Below are positions 1 through 9,420 of a stretch of DNA of 64,000 bases, one piece after another. Source of the DNA: Kiritimatiellia bacterium (GTDB taxonomy: Bacteria > Verrucomicrobiota > Kiritimatiellia > RFP12 > DVOR01). Every line of letters starts with the position of its first letter. Position 1 is the stretch's first letter. The position numbers were made by a program, and so were the translations under genes. Below the pieces are notes generated by a model, which saw nothing but the letters and a program-made list of their open reading frames with translations, had not been told where the DNA came from and did no database searches. Location of the stretch: NCBI GenBank assembly GCA_031552845.1, contig JAVBMC010000028.1, positions 72,394 through 136,393 on the forward strand, written 5' to 3'.

Positions 1-2047
1 GGATTTGATCGTACTCAGTCGGGGCTAGCTGGCAAATAAAATCATTTTCAATGTGATATGTTTCATTAATGTACTTACGTATTACCGAATTTTTATGCGT
101 CGAATCAATGAGCCGATAGATTTGAAGCTTCTCGTACCCGTTTTTTGCATCTCGGTAGAGGGTCAAAAGAAATTTATTGTCAGCAAGACATGAAACGGTA
201 TTTTGATAATCAAATGAAGGAAGAACAAGCATCTCCCTTATCGTCTCCATACCTTTGTTTGTGTCCTTCGCGCTCAAAGGCATATATGAGCCATCCAGGT
301 TTCTTCTTCGATGATCCTCTGGCGTTTGACGTCCTTTTAAAAGATTTGAGAGCAGTTGATAAGTATCACCTAAATCATCGATGGTTTCAAAGTAACGCCT
401 CAGATAAATTAGTTTGATGATTAAAGGACATGTTGATCTAATAACGCTACTACATATTTGGCCAAAAGTGAGCATTTTGTCGGCTGTGATCAGGCGTTCA
501 GTAAGATTGCCGTCAGAAGCCTTTAAAAAATGAGCGGTTGAAATCGACGAAAACATTCTTTTCAGCACCTTCACCGTATCGATCACGGGCTCGATGTCGT
601 GAGTCAGTAACAGAACAGTCTTACCCTTGAACGAGTGAAAATCTTGAAAGAGCATGTTCAAGATCGCAAATTTCTTATCCTTGTCGAAGGAAGAAATAGG
701 GTCATCCAAAACGATCAAGTCTGGTTTTTTCGACAAACACTCAAACATGAAAAGAACCAAAGCGAAAGCATTACGTTCGCCGAAACTCAAATGCTGACTG
801 CCCCCCGAGACAGCTTCTGTGTATTCCACATGTCGAAGACGCAGGCGATGCCCATCGCTCTCATCTGTAATCAGCACCTCATATTTGTAACCGGCATTCG
901 CAAGGAAGCCATTGATCGTGCTGAGGTTTTCCTCAATGAGTTTCTTTGTAGCTTTGCGTTGTTTATTGATCTCTCCTTGCAATCTACCAGCATCGACCGA
1001 AAGCTCATCGAGTTTGCCGTTTAAGACTGCAATGATGCGCTGTGTTTCAGTTGAGTTTAGGTGCTCAAAAAAAGTTAAATCTAGACGAAGTGTCGGCAGT
1101 TTTTCAGCAACTTTCTCAGTTTCTTTAAAACTCTGGCCAGACAAGGACTTTAGTTGCTCAAGTTTGTCTGTAAGGGTGCCGATCTGAGTTTTTATGGAGA
1201 TCAAGAAATCAGTGTGCTCTTTTTGAAGCCCATCTTTCTGCTTGATAATCTGGTTAATTTTTGCCCGCGCTTCATCTGAAAAGTATTTTCCCAACTTTTC
1301 AATCACTCCAATAATCTTTGTGAGATGTTCAATAGTCTTCTTGTCGTATTCTTCGGAAAACCTTTTAATGGTCTCTCGTTTTGCGGTGGCAGGCAAGGTG
1401 CAAAACGGGCAAGCGTGGCTGATCTCAAGAAAGGGTTGTCCCTGCTGTTGCCAACCAATCCAAGATATATTTTTTTCGTGCTTCAGAAATGGTTCGTATT
1501 CCTCCAGCCCTTTGGGAATATGTTCATATTTATTACCTCTTTCCAACGCCTTATAACCGGGGCTAGCTTTTGATATCTCACTTTTTGCAGTCAATTTAAA
1601 ACATCCGGAAAGTTCACGAAGGTCCGTGAGAAAAAGATCAAGATCTGGATCCTCGGAAAAGGCCGACCTAGTTTTTTTGACGATTCCCTCTATTGCCTGA
1701 AGATGTTGCTCATAGTCAGGGGTTTTGATGAATATCTCAAAACTGTTTGCTACGAGTTCGTCCGGTTTAAATACAAATTGTTCCAAGTAATTTTCGTTGA
1801 AAATCCTGATACTGCCAATGCCCGCAAGACCATCAACCTCGGGCACAAGATTCTGCGGATTATCTTGTCTGAGCTTGAATGGAAGCAAATCAACCAGCGT
1901 AGCTTCATTTGATATCTTACGTTCTATGGCGGTGGCAATCGTACTCTTGCCGGTTCCATTGGCACCGTATTTGATATTCAGTTTTCCCTGTTCAATCTGG
2001 ATTTCTCCTTGATTGATATTATTGCAGTTCTTGAATATGATTTTCAT
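1..2047 (-). CDS. AAA-family ATPase, RloC/PrrC-like (restriction-linked anticodon-nuclease-type ATPase); partial, C-terminus beyond window start
   Basis: Hand translation of the minus strand from ATG (revcomp of cat 2045-2047) gives MKIIFKNCNNINQGEIQIEQGKLNIKYGANGTGKSTIATA... with a Walker A GANGTGKST. RBS aaggaa sits 7 nt upstream. No stop to position 1. Contains a coiled-coil-like region with an HACPFC (CxxC zinc-hook-like) motif. Lies directly downstream of hsdS in the same operon. Low GC (~40%). Confidence 0.7.
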   Translation of the reverse strand, partial: MKIIFKNCNNINQGEIQIEQGKLNIKYGANGTGKSTIATAIERKISNEATLVDLLPFKLRQDNPQNLVPEVDGLAGIGSIRIFNENYLEQFVFKPDELVANSFEIFIKTPDYEQHLQAIEGIVKKTRSAFSEDPDLDLFLTDLRELSGCFKLTAKSEISKASPGYKALERGNKYEHIPKGLEEYEPFLKHEKNISWIGWQQQGQPFLEISHACPFCTLPATAKRETIKRFSEEYDKKTIEHLTKIIGVIEKLGKYFSDEARAKINQIIKQKDGLQKEHTDFLISIKTQIGTLTDKLEQLKSLSGQSFKETEKVAEKLPTLRLDLTFFEHLNSTETQRIIAVLNGKLDELSVDAGRLQGEINKQRKATKKLIEENLSTINGFLANAGYKYEVLITDESDGHRLRLRHVEYTEAVSGGSQHLSFGERNAFALVLFMFECLSKKPDLIVLDDPISSFDKDKKFAILNMLFQDFHSFKGKTVLLLTHDIEPVIDTVKVLKRMFSSISTAHFLKASDGNLTERLITADKMLTFGQICSSVIRSTCPLIIKLIYLRRYFETIDDLGDTYQLLSNLLKGRQTPEDHRRRNLDGSYMPLSAKDTNKGMETIREMLVLPSFDYQNTVSCLADNKFLLTLYRDAKNGYEKLQIYRLIDSTHKNSVIRKYINETYHIENDFICQLAPTEYDQI

Positions 2048-2065
2048 TGAGGTGATTCCTTGAGA

Positions 2066-3241
2066 TCAAATCAATCTGGTTCTTCCGGTTAAAAGCTCCT
2101 GCATCATGGCTTGCTTGAGGGCGCGGGTCTTCTCCCGTCGCTGCTCCAACGCCGCCAGCTCCGCATCCATGTCCGTCAACACTTCGGCGATGGCGGTTTG
2201 TTCGGGGAAAGAAGGAAGTTTAAGCATAAGTGTCTTTAAGTCTTTCCCATAGAGATGATGGATTGTGATTCCTTGGGTAAGTTCGGCAATTTCATGTCTC
2301 CTTGCTTGCGTCAAGTAGTTCGCTAGAAAGACAGGGGCGTAGTCATTATCTTTTCGCCGGATGATGATAATGTCCCCGCCAAGCGCCACGTTGTCCATGA
2401 GGAGCACCGATGCAGTAGCCAAATCAATTCCGGTGGTCGTCGTAGAACCGGGCATTAGTACATCACCTTGAATTGAGGGACAACCGTCACTTGAATTTGT
2501 TAGACTGAAAACGTCCGAAATTACCCGGCCATAGGTAGTGAATAACTCGCCATAAAGAATGCATTGGTGAGTTCCTGAAGTCGTTGTCAGTGATTTCGAA
2601 AGTGCGTTTCCTTTCAAAACATCTGCGATGCTCCCCAATCGTATTTCTCGCCACTCGCCGGAAAAGCCGGAGAGACGGGTTTGGCTGGTGAGGAGTTGCT
2701 GCATGGTGGCCTGTTTGAGGTCGCGTTTTTTGGCGATTAGCCGATCCAACCCACCCAGCAGCTCATCCACATCGCTTAACGCCTCCGCGATAGCGTGTTG
2801 TTCGTTTTTGGATCGTGGCACTCCGATCCTAAGTTGAAGAATCTTGGAGACTGATAATCCCGGCTGGGCCGATGCTTCGGATAAGCGATTAAGGCGCATT
2901 TCTCCGAGGGCATAGGTTAAGAACTTGATGTTCGTGTCTTCGAGAGGGGTCACAACCACAGCGTGCTCTGATGCGAAGAACATCCCGGTTACACCAATTA
3001 CGTTACCGCATAGTGCGCCTTGCCGACCAATGATCGCAAATGATCCGGAGTGGGTATATTGGGACGTAAAGCCCCGCAGTCCATTCCCACCGTAGCAAGG
3101 ATATTGCGAGTGCTCGGTAATTCTTGACGCCGTGATGGTCTCGCCACTCTTCATCGAGGATATTGCTGAAAGTGTCTTTACCTCCCACTCCTCCGGAATG
3201 ACTCCGACCTCGGTCTGCTTGTATCCGGTCTTCACTTCCAT
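2066..3241 (-). CDS. hsdS: Type I restriction-modification specificity subunit HsdS
   Basis: 391-aa ORF with two target-recognition domains and conserved HsdS coiled-coil repeats (LPSFPEQTAIAEVLTDMDAELAALEQRREKTRALKQAMMQELLTGRTRL, and the central ...LIAKKRDLKQATMQQLLT...). Overlaps hsdM by 10 nt. Confidence 0.9.
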   Translation of the reverse strand: MEVKTGYKQTEVGVIPEEWEVKTLSAISSMKSGETITASRITEHSQYPCYGGNGLRGFTSQYTHSGSFAIIGRQGALCGNVIGVTGMFFASEHAVVVTPLEDTNIKFLTYALGEMRLNRLSEASAQPGLSVSKILQLRIGVPRSKNEQHAIAEALSDVDELLGGLDRLIAKKRDLKQATMQQLLTSQTRLSGFSGEWREIRLGSIADVLKGNALSKSLTTTSGTHQCILYGELFTTYGRVISDVFSLTNSSDGCPSIQGDVLMPGSTTTTGIDLATASVLLMDNVALGGDIIIIRRKDNDYAPVFLANYLTQARRHEIAELTQGITIHHLYGKDLKTLMLKLPSFPEQTAIAEVLTDMDAELAALEQRREKTRALKQAMMQELLTGRTRLI

Positions 3242-5748
3242 ATCATCCCCATCTGTTTGAGATGCTTTTTTACTTTAGCGGCGAGCACGGCCACTTCGTC
3301 GGTAAGCTGTGGCAACGGGGTGGCGTAGCGTTCCGCAAGTTGGCAGATGCGGCTGGTGAGAGTTCGTGAGACACGATCCAACTCGTCCTGTACAGCGGTT
3401 GTTATGATGGCCATCCATTTGTCGTCCACGACGAGGGTCTTGATGTCGTCCTCGGTGAGCGTGGGGTATTTGACGTAGAGTTTGTTTTCGAGATCTGTCT
3501 GTGCGGCTTTGAGCCGTGCCTTGGTGCCGGTCTGTCTGTTGAGCAGAGCGGCGTAGTCTTTGAGGGCTTGGCGTTCCTCGGCGTAATCTGGATCACTCTC
3601 GATTTCCTTGAGACGGGTTTGCACGGATTTTGATGTGATTTTCTGCTTGTCACCTTGGCCTTCGATGGCTTCCGCGAGTAGCCCTTTCTCACCGCTGTGC
3701 TCCTCGCCGCTGTGCTCCTCACGCATTTCGTCGAGCTGTTGCTCAATGCCGGCTAGTCTAGCTTTGATGGTTGCAATGGCATGGCGTTCAGCGGTGAAGT
3801 AACGGGCAATCAGCAGGTCAGCGGGGAGGAGATCGGACTTGAAGCGGCGCGTACCTTTCTTGACGTCTTCCTCCTCGGGCCAGACGAGTTTGCCTTCCTT
3901 GTTTTTGATCTGCGTGATTTCGCGGAGCAATGCCCCCGCTTTCCATCCGGCGTCGGAAATCAGGTAGCAATCATCCTTCATGGTCGAGTCCCAGTGATCC
4001 ATGAGGTGTTGATAGACATCGTAAGCGTCGAGCAGCGGCACGGTCTTGAAGGTGGCGAGCAAGTCCTCGGAGATGCTTTCAATGAGCGGCTTGGGATGGC
4101 CATTCTGGGCGAAATCTTTGAGCTGAGGAACGGTGGTCTTTTGCCATTTTACGAAGAGCTTTTTGGTCTTGGCTGTGAATGCAATGAATTCGGCGTGAGA
4201 AAAGATTGTCGGATTTACCTTGTCAATGGAACGTTTGAGCTCAAAGTAGCCGGAGCGACTGGACTTGAACAAGGCAGCACGCAGATTAGGCATAATTTTC
4301 CAGTAATTGCCGAGTGCATCAAGGTCGTGTTTCGGGATGCCGCCGCGCAGGTGGCCGTCGATGTCCTGTAGGTCCTCCGGCTCGGTGCTGTCGATGTAGC
4401 GCGGGAGGTTGAGGTTGTAGTCATTTTTTGGGTCGGCGATTTCGGCGACGGAGACCATACGGGCGTAGCGCGGGTCGCTTTCATCCTGCCGGGCGAAGGT
4501 GTCCACGATCCTGTGGATGTCCTGCTCTCGGAGTCTGTTTTTCGGACCGTCCTTTCTGAAGCCTTTGGAGGCATCCATCATGAAGATGCCCTTGCGGGCG
4601 GTGGCGTTTTCCTTGTCAAGCACAATGATGCAGGCAGGAATACCCGTGCCGTAAAAAAGGTTGGCAGGCAGGCCGATGATGGCCTTAAGGTAGCCGGAGC
4701 GGACGAGCTGCTGGCGAATGACAGCCTCGGCATTACTGCGGAAAAGGACGCCGTGCGGAAGAATGCACGCGCCTTTGCCCGTGCTCTTCAGGGAGCGGAT
4801 AATGTGGAGAAGGTAGGCGTAGTCGCCTTGCTTTTTCGGTGGCAAGCCCCAAGGGAAGCGCTGGAATTTGTCATCGCTGCCGTTCTCGCCTAGAGTGAGG
4901 CCGGTGGACCAAGCTTTGTCGGAGAACGGAGGATTGGCAACGACGTAGTCGTAGGTGCGGAGTTTTTGTTCGTTGTCTTTGTCTCTGAACTTGGGATCGA
5001 AGAGGGTGTTGCCCGAAAGGACATTGGCTGTCGGAAAGTCATGCAGGATCATGTTCATACGGGCGAGACCGGCAGTAGTCACATCCTTCTCCTGCCCTTC
5101 GAGTGTAATGTGTTTGCCCGCTTCGGCAGCGACTTTCAATAGTAACGATCCCGATCCGCAGGTGGGATCGTAGGCAGTGGTCCCAGCCTTGGAATTGGCT
5201 GGAGAGATACCGATGACTTTCGCCATGATCCGGCTGACTTCGGATGGAGTGTAGAATTGCCCCTTACTTCTTCCGCTTTCGCTGGCAAAGTGCCGCATGA
5301 GATACTCGTAAGCGTCGCCGAGGATGTCATCGTTTTCTGCGCGGTTCTTTGAAAAATCGAGTGCGGGGGTTTCAAAGATGGCGATGAGGTTGCCCAACTT
5401 TTCGACCTTTTGCGCGCCATCACCGAGCTTGTTGGAGTCGTTAAAGTCTGGAAAATAGCTGCGGGCGAGACGGGAGTTGGTGTCAATGAGCGGTTGGATG
5501 ACCCGCGTGTTGATGAGGTTGCCGATGTCGCTGTTGCCTTTAAGCGCGACCATGTCTTTGAAGCTCGCGCCCTTCGGAATGACGACCGGTGGCTTGAATC
5601 CATCGTAGTCCCCGTATTTGTCGGAGATGTATTTGATGAAAAGCATGAACAGGACGTAGTCCTTGTATTGGCTGGCATCCATTCCTCCGCGCAGCTCATC
5701 GCAGGAAGCCCATAGAGACGAATAAAGGTCAGATTTCTTGATGGCCAT
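3232..5748 (-). CDS. hsdM: Type I R-M N6-adenine DNA methyltransferase HsdM (long form, ~838 aa)
   Basis: N-terminal HsdM_N-like region, SAM-binding motif I, catalytic NPPF motif (VVANPPFSDKAW), and a long C-terminal coiled-coil extension. Confidence 0.9.
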   Translation of the reverse strand: MAIKKSDLYSSLWASCDELRGGMDASQYKDYVLFMLFIKYISDKYGDYDGFKPPVVIPKGASFKDMVALKGNSDIGNLINTRVIQPLIDTNSRLARSYFPDFNDSNKLGDGAQKVEKLGNLIAIFETPALDFSKNRAENDDILGDAYEYLMRHFASESGRSKGQFYTPSEVSRIMAKVIGISPANSKAGTTAYDPTCGSGSLLLKVAAEAGKHITLEGQEKDVTTAGLARMNMILHDFPTANVLSGNTLFDPKFRDKDNEQKLRTYDYVVANPPFSDKAWSTGLTLGENGSDDKFQRFPWGLPPKKQGDYAYLLHIIRSLKSTGKGACILPHGVLFRSNAEAVIRQQLVRSGYLKAIIGLPANLFYGTGIPACIIVLDKENATARKGIFMMDASKGFRKDGPKNRLREQDIHRIVDTFARQDESDPRYARMVSVAEIADPKNDYNLNLPRYIDSTEPEDLQDIDGHLRGGIPKHDLDALGNYWKIMPNLRAALFKSSRSGYFELKRSIDKVNPTIFSHAEFIAFTAKTKKLFVKWQKTTVPQLKDFAQNGHPKPLIESISEDLLATFKTVPLLDAYDVYQHLMDHWDSTMKDDCYLISDAGWKAGALLREITQIKNKEGKLVWPEEEDVKKGTRRFKSDLLPADLLIARYFTAERHAIATIKARLAGIEQQLDEMREEHSGEEHSGEKGLLAEAIEGQGDKQKITSKSVQTRLKEIESDPDYAEERQALKDYAALLNRQTGTKARLKAAQTDLENKLYVKYPTLTEDDIKTLVVDDKWMAIITTAVQDELDRVSRTLTSRICQLAERYATPLPQLTDEVAVLAAKVKKHLKQMGMIWK

Positions 5749-5847
5749 AAATTAGCTTAAAAGGTTGAAATGAAAAAATACAGTTAAATTTCTAGCAACA
5801 GTTAATACCCATATTTGTCCGGAGAGAGCAAACGTCTTGTGCTAACC

Positions 5848-6996
5848 CTAACCGTTTTCCCCAGTGAAATACTCGGCGAGGGTGTGGAGAAACTCTGGTT
5901 TGAGAGAAACGGCTAGGTTTTCTTTCTGGATAACATCCAATTTCTTGGTCAGTTTTGAGAAGCTGATGTATCCGCAGACTTTGCCGAGTGGTTTTTCGCG
6001 GAGCGAGAAGGTGGGGCGGCGGATTTCTTGCGCGACTTTGTTGCGGCGTTCATCCGGTGCCACAAGGAAAAGGTTGATGGATAGATTGGGTTGTAGTGCC
6101 AGCAGGTCACTCATGCGCAGCAGTCCGGAGTAAACCGAGGTGGTGCATTCAATCTCAAACGCAGCCAAGATAGAGTTTCCTTTGAGCCAGAGTACATCAA
6201 TCAGTTCAATTGTCCGATTCGTGGCCTCATTAAATTGTGTGGGGAGCTCTTTCACCATGCGGTCAAATGCACCTAGTTCTTTACTTTTCCATTGGCGTGA
6301 GCGGTCGTTCCGCGCAACCCACAAATCAAATCCCATCTCTTCGCCTAGCTTGAGCAAGCGGTACTGAATCTCGGTGTGCCGTGTAGTGGCAGCGTCTTCG
6401 CCATCTATTACGGTGGATTGTTTTTTAGTCTTTACTGTCTCTTCTGTTTCCGGCACAGTGACCTGTACCTTAATAGTTGCTTTTCCCTTGCGTCGTTCCG
6501 CCATGTAGGTTGGCTTATAGGCTAGCTGTTTGGGGTCAACGGCACGCCAAGTCGGATTTGTATCAGCTTTCTTGAGCAAGGAGAAAATCAAGTCACCATC
6601 GGCCGTATTTTGAACACGCTTAGGACCGCCACGGATCATACACTTATACTTATTCCGATCTTCCGGTCCCGTGTAAAATGCTACTCGTCCTTCTAATTCT
6701 TCCATGGGAACACCGTGTTCGGGCGAAAGCAAAACAAGAGGCTTTACTACAAATCGTACCGGAAAGACATCATCCTGCCAAATTCTTGATTGATCTTTTG
6801 AGCGTTCAACGACCTTTAATGCTCCAACAAGACGCTTCATGCCTCCAGTCAGATAGCACAAGAAGATATCCCCGGATCTTACTTGCTCTATCGCAGCCTC
6901 ATTGGTTTTGCTTTGACGAAATCCTGAAATCCGTGCTCCGGATTTTTGAAACTCCGCCCATGTTGTGGCGGTAAACATATTAAACCAATAGGTCAT
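5848..6996 (-). CDS. EVE/PUA-like domain protein fused to an uncharacterised C-terminal domain (possible PD-(D/E)xK-like nuclease)
   Basis: 382-aa ORF. The N-terminus MTYWFNMFTATTWAEFQKSG...IFLCYLTGG...LVGALKVV resembles EVE/PUA-like modified-base readers. The C-terminal ~150 aa (IDVLWLKGNSILAAFEIECTTS...) has no obvious family. Driven by a TGgTATAAT promoter and a GAGGAG RBS. Confidence 0.5.
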   Translation of the reverse strand: MTYWFNMFTATTWAEFQKSGARISGFRQSKTNEAAIEQVRSGDIFLCYLTGGMKRLVGALKVVERSKDQSRIWQDDVFPVRFVVKPLVLLSPEHGVPMEELEGRVAFYTGPEDRNKYKCMIRGGPKRVQNTADGDLIFSLLKKADTNPTWRAVDPKQLAYKPTYMAERRKGKATIKVQVTVPETEETVKTKKQSTVIDGEDAATTRHTEIQYRLLKLGEEMGFDLWVARNDRSRQWKSKELGAFDRMVKELPTQFNEATNRTIELIDVLWLKGNSILAAFEIECTTSVYSGLLRMSDLLALQPNLSINLFLVAPDERRNKVAQEIRRPTFSLREKPLGKVCGYISFSKLTKKLDVIQKENLAVSLKPEFLHTLAEYFTGENG

Positions 6997-7035
6997 TGTT
7001 CAGGCTCCTCAAAAGCAAACGTCGATCTAAACGCT

Positions 7036-7128
7036 CAACCATGTGCCGATTATACCACGTCATCCCCTTAAAAGCAATCCTCAAGAAATCTTTCTGCGGT
7101 GGCCTTTTGTGGACGGTGTTTCTTGATG
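7036..7128 (-). promoter_or_regulatory. Conserved ~93-bp promoter cassette, copy 1 (-35 TTGCTT, 17 bp, extended -10 TGgTATAAT), driving the EVE-domain gene
   Basis: The minus strand reads ...aagatttcttgaggATTGCTTttaaggggatgacgTGgTATAATcggcacatggttg... ending ~45 nt before the ATG at 6996. It is ~80% identical to the 8696-8788 copy. Confidence 0.6.
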
Positions 7129-7619
7129 CGACTAGCGCGATGTCCATACGCCGTCCGCGGCTGGTATTTTCAATCGGTTCATTTTTCTCGCTCTTCTTCA
7201 GCGTCTCCGTATCTGCCGGGAGTTTCTTCGTTATTTTCAGGGGTCGTATATCAGGTGATATCGTGCTCATAAATCAGGTGATGTCGTACTCGTGTATCAA
7301 GTGATATGGTACCCCGAAAGAAGAGGAGTTTGCACACCTGGCAAATAACTGCTTCAGATACCTCTCCTATCCTCCGCGCCTCCGCGTGAGTTTTTTAGGT
7401 GTCGAGTAGTTTTAGGTATTGCTGCTGGCGTTCTTTGTTTTAATGCAGTATCGGAATGATATCAAACAAAAAAAGTCTTTTAATTCCGTATTGTTCCGAA
7501 TGGATTGCCGCACATATGTGTGTTTGAGCGAGTGTTTCTTGATGGTGGATGCGGGGCTGGTGGTGCGAGTTGCGTGTTTTGAGGTACATTTTGCGGGGGA
7601 GCGAATGGAGTATGTGGGA

Positions 7620-8618
7620 TTACTCACTATTCTTGCCGCCAGTGTCTTTTTGCATTAATGCCCGAATGGCGCGGTCGAAGTCACTTTCAAGCTGCTTCAT
7701 TTCGCGTGCGCGGTAGAGCTCGAATTCTTTTTCAGCCTTTTCGATTGCCTGTTTGTGAGATATGCGTCCGGCATCTTGCAAAATCTTTCTTTTGTGGCTG
7801 AGTATTTGATTGTCGAGTGCTTCAACCCAGTCTTGCATGGTCATTGGGGCTTGTTCCAGCGCCTGAAACTCCGCAAAGTCCAAGAATTGCGATACTAAAA
7901 GATTGAGGCGCTGTAATTCAAGCTCGGAAAGGTAATTTTTCGCTATCCTCACATCGTCTTTTGTGATGTAACCGCCCTTGAAATTGGTCATGCCGACAAG
8001 CGGCTTTTCGTTGTCGACCCGCTCGTGAATCACTTCGGCGGCGGTATGCTCGTGTACTGCAAAATGCAGTTTGTTTTGCACCGTTGCAAAGAATGTTTTG
8101 GTCATATCAGAGCGCGGATCGTAATCCGTCGCCGTAGCGTAAATGTCGGTAACTTGCTGGTAAAAGTTGCGTTCGCTGCTGCGAATGTCGCGGATGCGTT
8201 GTAGGAGTTCCCGGAAATAACGGCCGCCACCGTTTTTCAAGCGATCGTCGTCAAGCGTAAACCCTTTGCGGATATACTCGTTCAGTCGCTTCGTAGCCCA
8301 TTGACGGAACTGTGTGCCGCGTAAAGATTTAACTCGGTAACCGACCGAGATTACCACATCAAGGTTATAATAGTCAACTTGATACGTTTTGCTGTCGGCA
8401 GCAGTTGTTGCAAACTTTGCAACAACTGAATCCCTCATCAATTCGCCCTCTTCAAATACGTTTTTGATATGGCGGGAAATGGTAGATTTGTCACGTTCAA
8501 ATAACTTTGCCATTCGATCGAGAGACAACCACGCAGTTTCTGCATCAAAGTGCGTATCAATTGATATTTTCCCATCTTCTGTCGTAAAAATGATCATTTG
8601 ATTTTCTTTGCCGGTCAT
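7620..8618 (-). CDS. RhuM-family virulence/defense-associated protein
   Basis: The 332-aa product begins ...IIFTTEDGKISIDTHFDAETAWLSLDRMAKLFERDKSTISRHIKNVFEEGEL, the characteristic RhuM N-terminal HTH-like region. RBS AGGAGAA. Confidence 0.8.
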   Translation of the reverse strand: MTGKENQMIIFTTEDGKISIDTHFDAETAWLSLDRMAKLFERDKSTISRHIKNVFEEGELMRDSVVAKFATTAADSKTYQVDYYNLDVVISVGYRVKSLRGTQFRQWATKRLNEYIRKGFTLDDDRLKNGGGRYFRELLQRIRDIRSSERNFYQQVTDIYATATDYDPRSDMTKTFFATVQNKLHFAVHEHTAAEVIHERVDNEKPLVGMTNFKGGYITKDDVRIAKNYLSELELQRLNLLVSQFLDFAEFQALEQAPMTMQDWVEALDNQILSHKRKILQDAGRISHKQAIEKAEKEFELYRAREMKQLESDFDRAIRALMQKDTGGKNSE

Positions 8619-8695
8619 ATCACTGTTCTCCTAATTTCCGTAGCAATGAGTTCGCCCCTGCGGCGGAGTACATGCTTGTGTTGTGTACGTACAAG

Positions 8696-8788
8696 CAACC
8701 ATGTGCGGATTATATCACGTAGTATCGTCCAAAGCAATGCTCAAGAAATCTTTTTGAGCCGGCCTTTTGGGGCGGCGTTTCCTGATGG
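8696..8788 (-). promoter_or_regulatory. Conserved ~93-bp promoter cassette, copy 2 (-35 TTGCTT, 17 bp, extended -10 TGaTATAAT), driving the RhuM gene
   Basis: The minus strand reads ...aagatttcttgagcATTGCTTtggacgatactacgTGaTATAATccgcacatggttg..., ~85 nt upstream of the RhuM ATG at 8618. Confidence 0.6.
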
Positions 8789-9039
8789 AGGATGAGCGGG
8801 CTCTATATTTGATGGCGGAAAGTAGGCTGTGACTGAAGATAGGTTTTATAATTCGGCAGATGCGGAGTGTTTGTGAAATAGAAGGTCGGTTTGGTCGCGA
8901 TGTTCATGCATTATATTCACCTTACGTTATTCTTCGCGACCGAGTCGAGCACATTAAAAGCTATAACCACGCGATTCATCCCCTATTATCTATTCTTTAT
9001 CACTTATTACTTCGCCTTTCATGTTGGAGTCCCCCGACG

Positions 9040-9420
9040 TAGCTCGGATATTTGTGTGAGCCGGGCGGGTATTTTGTCTGAGCCCAGTGTGAAAAATGTG
9101 TGAGCTGAGTCAATATTTTGTCTGAGCCGTATGGATAATTTGTGCGAGCCGGGCAAGAATTTTGTACCACGTGCCTCGCACAAATTCAACATGCGCGTTT
9201 TTCGAGCGTGTTATATCGTCCGTACTCGCGGAGCACGAATCATAATTTTGCGGGATACGTATCAGCGTACCACGCATCACGTATCATCCATTTGCGCATC
9301 ACGTGCTATCGTACTGCGGGATACGTGATATAAGTTTGTGTGTCACGTGACATCGTACCGGATGATGTGTGTCATCGTACTGCGGGACACGTGTCATCCG
9401 TTTGCAGTACACGTATCCTT
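9040..9420. repeat. AT-rich degenerate tandem repeats (TTTGTNNGAGCCGGGC units; cluster of CACGTG-centred palindromes)
   Basis: 9040-9170 holds 4-5 units ...tttgtgtgagccgggc / ttttgtctgagcc / tttgtgcgagccgggc. 9230-9420 holds repeated ...atcgtactgcgggaYacgtg..., cacgtgctat, gtcacgtgacat and gacacgtgtcat. GC content is far below the flanks. Confidence 0.6.

Noticed and set aside
6980-7304. 96-aa and 102-aa ORFs between the EVE and RhuM genes
   Set aside because: They overlap the conserved promoter cassette, are AT-rich, have no RBS and are more plausibly non-coding regulatory DNA.
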